This document shows positions 57,504 through 64,000 of a DNA stretch of 64,000 nucleotides, piece after piece. Position numbers and translations under genes: made by a program. The DNA comes from Octopus vulgaris (taxonomy: Eukaryota), in the NCBI GenBank assembly GCA_951406725.2, contig OX597842.1:21204001-21268000 (forward strand). The letters are read 5' to 3'. The notes under the pieces are model-generated. The model was not told the origin of the DNA. It saw only the letters and a list, made by a program, of their open reading frames with translations, and made no database searches. Position 1 is the first letter of the stretch; every line of letters begins with the position of its first letter.

Positions 57504-60500
57504 GTTAGTTAGTTAAGTTAGTTAATCTTTTGGCTCATAAGCAAAAAGCAATGCCATGTAGGGGGACATGGAGTTAAGTACAGGATGGTGTTCATGTAAA
57601 GAGTTCAGGCCACTTGAGGTCAAGGGAGACTTTGAACAAAGCGGTCGTCGGCATCTTCACCATCTCGTCTGGCAGCTTTTTCCACGGATCCGCAACCCGG
57701 ACGGAGAAAGCTCCTCTCCTTCGATTGAGATGAAATCGTCGCAGGTAGAGCTTTTCGGAGTGACCCCGCAGCCGACGCTCTGGAGCAGGAGTGAAGAACA
57801 GCTCTTTCGAGAGGTTACACTTTCCACTTATGATGTTGTGAGCGAGAATGAGATCACCACGGCGGCGGCGTTTTTCTAGAGAATAAAGGTCGAGCGTCTT
57901 CAGCCTTTCTTCATAAGTCAAATTCTTGAGACCATGAACCATGCGGGTAGCCAGCTTCTGGACTCTTTCGAGATGCTGTATGTCTTTGAGGAGATAAGGA
58001 GAAGAGGCTTGAATCCCGTACTCCAATATGGGTCTCACCAGTGTGACATAGAGCGGTAGGAATATGGCTGCTGTGAGCATTCCGAATGACCGTCGAATCA
58101 AGAACAGAATTCCGCGTGCTTTGTTGGCAGCATGGACGCACTGGGCCGAAGGCGAAAAGGAGGAATCCACCAAGATACCCAGGTCCTTTACCTGATTGGT
58201 CCTCTCCAGCAGCAGACGACCCGGCTCAAAATCAAGTTGAGTTGCAGGAGGAGAGCCAACAGGCAGATGACAGCACTTTGACACGTTCAGACACAGGTCC
58301 CATTCGTTAGACCACCTCCAAATTTGGTGGAGGCATCGACGAAGATCCTCTATATCACCGCGAGGAGCGACCAGTTTGACATCGTCGGCAAATAGAAGGG
58401 TGTGTTGCGTGAGGTCGTCGGGCAAGTCATTTATGAAGACTAAGAACAATAAGGGCCCATGCACTGAACCTTGAGGCACGCCACTGCTCGCACTGGAGAT
58501 GTCGGGCCGCGAACCATTAACTTGAACTTGGAAGGAGCGATCTGAGAGGAAGGCACCAACCCATCGTACAATATCAGGATGGAAACTATATGCTTGAAGC
58601 TCGACAAGTAATAGGCGGTGGTTTATTGAGTCAAAAGCTTTGGCAAAGACCAATAAAACGATGTCAACAGCATCACTCTCATCGAGGATGCGCATCACCA
58701 ATTCTTACCAGTAAGTTGGTCAAGCATGATCTCTTCGGCACGAAGCCGTGTTGGGAATCAGAGATAGAGGCTGTGTTTTGGAGGTGGAGCATCATACTTT
58801 TCTTAAGGATGGTTTCGAACATCTTGCTGATTATTGATGTAAGGGAAACCGGTCGGTAGTTAAGCGGGTCTTCGCGGCTCCCTTTCTTGAAAATTGGGCA
58901 TATTATCGCTGTTCTCCAGTCCGCAGGTATAACACCCGTCGCCAATGACATATTGAATAGACATGTTAAGGGCTCGCAGATGACTGGAGCCAACGCTTTG
59001 ATAACCCGTGGGTGTATGCCGTCACGGCCGTGACCCTTGTTGACATCGAGGCCTTGAATAACATGTTTGACATCGTCCCGCGTGATGACCAATCGAAGCA
59101 TTGGAGGTACCGATCTATCAAATGGAGGGGGTTCACGACCATCATCTTGTTTGAAAATAGTTGAAAAAGCCTCGGCAAATAAATGACTCTGTTGATAAGG
59201 GCCTCAATCGATACGCCTATTGAGTCTACCAACGTTGCAATTTGGTTGTTCAAGCGGGAATTCCGTTGGACATGGGCAAAGAAGGTTTTTGGATTGCTAC
59301 TGGCGTTTGCCGCGATATTGTATTCATAACTGAAGCGTTCTTCCTTTTCAATTTTCACGGCTCGGTCTCGTTGAGTTTTGTACACCTCAAAAGCTGCAGT
59401 CGAATCCAGATTTTTGAATTCAGCCCAAGCAATATCTCTGAGTCGAAGTTCTCGTTTAACCTTCTTCGTCACCCAGGGCTTGTGTTTCTTCTTCTTGGGA
59501 AGCCCAACGGGAACTTCCTGGTCAGTCAACCAGATTACATATGCTTTGAGGGATGACCATAGTTCGTCAACTGAGGACAACGTCATCAGGGATCGCCAGT
59601 CCAGAAGCGCGGAAGCCTCGGTTAGAATTTCAAGATTAATTGCAGAGAAGACTCTACGTGGCAGCGAAGTAGTCGTGGGCGCAGAAAAAGTTGTGTGCAT
59701 GACGAACTTCAGGACCGCATGATCAGTCTTGGCAAGAGGGGCGCACACAGATACGTCTGACACTGATCTTGGGTAGCGGAGAATAACAGATCCAGCATAG
59801 ATGGCTGATGCCCAGACCGATGCCTTGTCGGATATTCAACATGTTGCGATAGAAAACAATTTTCAGCCACGTCAAGAAAGGCCTGGCCGAACCGGGAAGA
59901 CGATGTACAAATTGATGCGGGCCAATCGATCGTGGGAGCGTTGAAGTCTCTTAATATCAAACAGTCATGAGAAGCTGAAACGAATTTTATCGCTTTGAGT
60001 AAATGAGCATCGTCCTGGGGGTCGGCAAGAGGCGGCCTGTAGACAGCTAACACAGGCAGGCAAAACTCGGATAGGCTCAGCTTGCAATAGACGGCATCGA
60101 ATTTTGTTGTAGGTTGAGCATTAGTGGGTAGAATACCGCTGGACGGTTTGAGATCAGATTTAACATACACAACAACACCTCCACCTCGCCTTTTTTCTCT
60201 GTCACATCTGAAGAGGACGTAGCCCTGTAGGTGGATTTCTGAGTCCTTTACTGCTGGAGTCAGCAGTCTCGGTGATAGCTATCACATCAGGGGAGTCACG
60301 CATGGCCAGTGTAAATAGTTCGCTGAACTTTGGAAATAAGGAGCACGAGTTGGTATAGACGATGCTGAGCTGTGAAGTTTGAGGGGCGGGAGTTGGGGAA
60401 CAAGCAGAATAAGGGGTATCAGAGATGGCATCGTTGACGGGGGTATCTACTTTACTTCGATTTGCCCTCAATTCACTTTCCCTGTCAGCACTACAGCATG

Positions 60501-60560
60501 CGACCAGAGGTAGGACTTGATTATTTGTCCATCTTGGATGCGTAAACCCTTCTCTCCCAT
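57500..60560 (-). mobile_element. CR1-clade LINE ORF2 (APE endonuclease + RT) broken by several frameshifts, with (TAAC)n tail
   Basis: VYTN..SL, DVIAITET, DFNAP, LDLLF, DH, NYRPVSLTS, QHGF, KAFD, SGVPQGSV.GP, LFADD and RRRRGDLI motifs spread over successive ORF fragments. Confidence 0.95.
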
Positions 60561-61102
60561 CTGTTTTCTCATCTTCAGTATGTATGTATGTATGTATGTA
60601 TGTATGTATGTATGTATGTATATTCTTTTATTCTTTTATTTGTTTCAGTCCTTTAATTGCGGCCATGCTGAAGCTTCACCTTTATTCGAACAAATCGACC
60701 CAGGACTTATTCTTTTGCCGAACCGCTAAGTTATGGAGACGTAAACATGCCAACATAGGTGTCAGTTCTCACAGGTTGTATGGTGTACACACATACACAT
60801 ACCACATCCACACACATACACACACACATATATATGTGTGTATGTGTGTGTGTGTATACATATACACACATACACATACATGCCTCTTAACCTTCTGGAT
60901 GCCCTTCCGAATGTCAACCACTTTACAGTGTACTGGGTGCTTTTTACGTAGCACCAGCACCAGTGATTTTTACCTGGTACCAACACTAATGGTTTTTTTT
61001 ATGAGGTACCAAGGTTTTAGGATATTAATTCTATGGTGGTGGGCAGGTCATCTTGACTACAGCAATGTACCACATATTTCAGTTTTTTATTATCTCCTTC
61101 CG

Positions 61103-61339
61103 GAAGGCGGCGAGCTGGCAGAATCGTTAGCACGCTGGGCAAAATGCTTAGCAGTATATTCGTCTGCCGTTATGTTGTGAGTTCAAATTCCGCCGAGGTC
61201 GACGTTGCCTTTCATCCTTTCGGGGTCGATTAAATATGTACCAGTTATGCACTGGAGTCGATATAATCGACTTTATCCGTTTGTCTGTCCTTGTTTGTAC
61301 TCTCTGTGTTTAGCCCCTAGTGGGTAGTAAAGAAATATA
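61103..61339 (+). mobile_element. tRNA-derived SINE with TSD tattatctccttc
   Basis: agctggcagaatcgttag A box, gagttcaaattcc B box; TSD 61088-61100 / 61340-61352. Confidence 0.88.
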
Positions 61340-61548
61340 TATTATCTCCTTCTGAAACCTCAGCGTTGTGAGATCAACCTTCAGTACCTCATCCCAACCG
61401 GGGTTGATTTGTTTGACAAAAAATTCCTCAAGGCTATGCTCCAGCATGGCCACAGTGGTGCTGGGGCAAGTAAGAGATAGAAAATAACATGAAATGTGTA
61501 AATAAAAATTAGCAATAAGCAGGAATCTGCGTAGAGGGTGATCTTTCT

Positions 61549-61785
61549 TATTTCTTTATTGCCTACAAGGGTCTAAACACAGAGGGGACAAACAAGGACA
61601 GGCAAAGGGGTTAAGTCGATTATATCGACCCCAGTGCATAACTGGTACTTAATTTTTATCAACCCTAAAAGGATGAAGGCAAGGTCAACCTTGGCAGAAT
61701 TTGAACTCAGAACGTAATGGCAGATGAAATACCGCTAAGCATTTGGCCCGGCGTGCTACCGTTTCTGCCAGCTTGCCGCCTTCTG
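61549..61785 (-). mobile_element. Same SINE family, inverted, with TSD gagggtgatctttct
   Basis: TSD 61534-61548 / 61786-61800. Confidence 0.88.
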
Positions 61786-62209
61786 GAGGGTGATCTTTCT
61801 GCTAAGATATGAAACACATCGTTCTATGCATGAGGAACAGCAAGAATCAAACTGACTATTTGTTTATATGGATTGTGAGTGGATTTGGAAGATGGAAACT
61901 GTGTCGAAGCCCCTGGTTTAAATATACATGTCTATGTTTTTGTCCCTACCATCACTTGACAACTGATGCTGGTTGGTTTTTACAAGGTCATTTGAAATAA
62001 AGGCAGTGTATTTCAACAGAGGTCATCGTCATCATTATCAGCATCATCATCATAATCACCATCATTATCATCATCATCATTATCATCACTCAAAGTTCGT
62101 TTTCCATGCTGGCATGGATTGGACGGTTTGACAGAATCTGGTCATCCGGGCAACTGTCCCGACTCCAATTGCCTGTTTCTACAACCGGATGCCCTTCCTA
62201 GCACCAACC

Positions 62210-62420
62210 TTCCTACTATAGGTACAAGGCCTGAAATTTGAGGGAGGAGGATAGTCAATTACATCGACCCCAGTGCATAACTGGTACTTATTTCATCGGC
62301 CCCAAAAGGATGAAAGGCAAAGTCGACCACGGCGGAATTTGAACTCAGAACATAGAGGCAGACGAAATACTGCTAAGCATTTCATCCGGCATGCTACCAA
62401 TTCTGCCAGCTCGCCGCCTT
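62210..62420 (-). mobile_element. Third copy of the SINE head with a different tail, nested in an RTE 3' UTR fragment
   Basis: Same A/B boxes; it interrupts the gatgcccttccta..ccaaccactc UTR sequence. Confidence 0.75.
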
Positions 62421-63056
62421 TTCCTATCCCCAACCACTCTACAGAATATGCTGTGTGCTTTTTACGTGCCACCGGCACCCGTAAAGGACAAGTTTATGGT
62501 AACAAAAGGGTTAAAGTGATCAAAATTAAAACCTTCCATTCAAAATTTTATGTTAATTTATGTTTAATATATGTTAATTTATGTTCCAAACACCAGATTG
62601 ATAATGGCAAAGCTATTTTACGAAATTCTTCACCATTTTCAAAACTGATTGAAAAAAAGTACAGTTTTTCAGTTGAAGTCATCATCAATCGCATCATCAT
62701 CATCATCATCAATCATCACCAATCATCATCATCAATCATCAGACATCACCATCAATCATCATTATCTTCAATCATCATCAAACGCATATTATCGTTTTCA
62801 TCATCAACAACAACATTCTAACGTCCACTTTTCCATGCTTGTATTGGACAAGCAAGAGTAAGATGGAGCAGAGTTTTGGAAAAGGTGATGCCAAACCAAC
62901 GATGATGATAATGACGATGTTACATAAAATATGGAGATAGTTTATGCAAAAACCAACTATTCTACCCGGGTCAGTGAAAGTCAGTAATAAGGTTGGCCAA
63001 TATCATTCCTGGCCTTTCTTAATGATAATGATGGCTACAAATACAAATATGAAAAT

Positions 63057-63205
63057 TTAGACATAGGTTGGTAAGCTGTCTTCTGATCCATTAGTTTCAG
63101 CATCTTTTGTTGTTGTTGTTTCAGCATCTTTTGTTGTTGTTGTTTCAGCATCTTTTGTTGTCGTTGTTTCAGCATCTTTTGTTGTCGTTGTTTCTGTTTT
63201 TTCAC
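63057..63205 (-). CDS. Putative terminal exon of a second gene: (G)EKTETTTT(KDAETTTT)x3 KDAETNGSEDSLPTYV*
   Basis: Minus-strand acceptor tttactgttcatcttttgcag. The 24-nt repeat varies at ACG/ACA, which is synonymous in this frame. Stop TAA at 63059-63057. Confidence 0.55.
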
Positions 63206-63623
63206 CTGCAAAAGATGAACAGTAAAACATATACTTTTTAAGCAGTAATAAATCTCAGAGCGAGTTATAAACAGTAGCTGCAACACATTGTGACGTATAT
63301 TTGCCATTTAAATATGGCTAACCCCTAAAAGTGGATGCTACTGTAGTTTGTAGCCCCAGGAGGACACCTTCTCCAGCTGTAGCCAGTGTGTCTATAGCCA
63401 GCTGGAGGAGGTGTCCTCCTGGGGCTACAAACTACAGTAGCATCCACCCTTAGGGTTAGCCATATTTAAATTGCAAATATACGTCACGATGTGTTGCAGC
63501 TACTGTTTATAACTCGCTCTGAGATTTATTACTGCTTAAAAAGTATATGTTTTACTGTTCATCTTTTGCAGGTGAAAAAACAGAAACAACGACAACAAAA
63601 GATGCTGAAACAACGACAACAAA
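63154..63623. repeat. ~470-bp near-perfect palindrome (arms 63154-63379 / 63399-63623)
   Basis: Direct reverse-complement match with a few mismatches and a 19-nt loop. Confidence 0.93.
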
Positions 63624-64000
63624 CGACCCCATATAAACGAACCTTTTGTTTACTAATATTGTGCAGAGTAAGATACACCCTTGTCACCCATAAAGTTAAT
63701 CAAGTTGTACAGAAATTTCTATGCCACTGAAACCAGAAAACTGGCCCTTATGAGCCTGGCATCGCTTGAGAAGGAAATCAAGTTGTAGTCAGATGTTACA
63801 AGCATAAAGAAGAGGCCTTAAAATTGATTGACCAGGTCAAGAAAGTTATAATTAATTAGAAACAGAATTAGACTAGATGAGATGCAGTTTGATTTTCTGC
63901 CAGGAAGAAGGACTACTGCTGCCATCTACTGAGTAAAACAACTGCAAGAGATGTATTTAGCTAAAAGTAAACCATATCACTGCAATATCTGTGGTAAATC

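Noticed and set aside
63035-63307. Gln/Lys-rich ORF (KMLKQQQQ repeats)
   Set aside because: Alternative frame of the Thr-rich exon; the repeat variation is non-synonymous here and the ORF runs through the intron acceptor.

Overview
AT-rich, repeat-dense eukaryotic genomic DNA. The (TA)n/(TATG)n load, RTE and CR1 LINEs and tRNA-derived SINEs suggest a mollusc, most likely an octopus; this is an inference. Most of the supplied ORF track is microsatellite noise. The main host gene is a 14-coding-exon + strand gene (3975-34326) with GT-AG introns and consistent phases, giving 556 aa. Its layout is about 8 ankyrin repeats, a Mind-bomb-type RING lacking its 8th Cys, four tandem frame-preserving CPKC/CPKS mini-exons, and a C-terminal death domain. 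The first death-domain exon sits inside intron flanks homologous to those of the mini-exons. There are also six type I hammerhead-ribozyme motifs from four sequence families, in Penelope/retrozyme-like elements; two lie in sense orientation in the introns on either side of a 37-nt exon. Other features: a foldback MITE with telomere-like repeats just after the stop codon, a satellite array derived from a LINE 3' UTR, a U2 snRNA pseudogene fragment, a probable solo LTR, and a Thr-rich terminal exon of a second (minus-strand) gene caught in a 470-bp palindrome.
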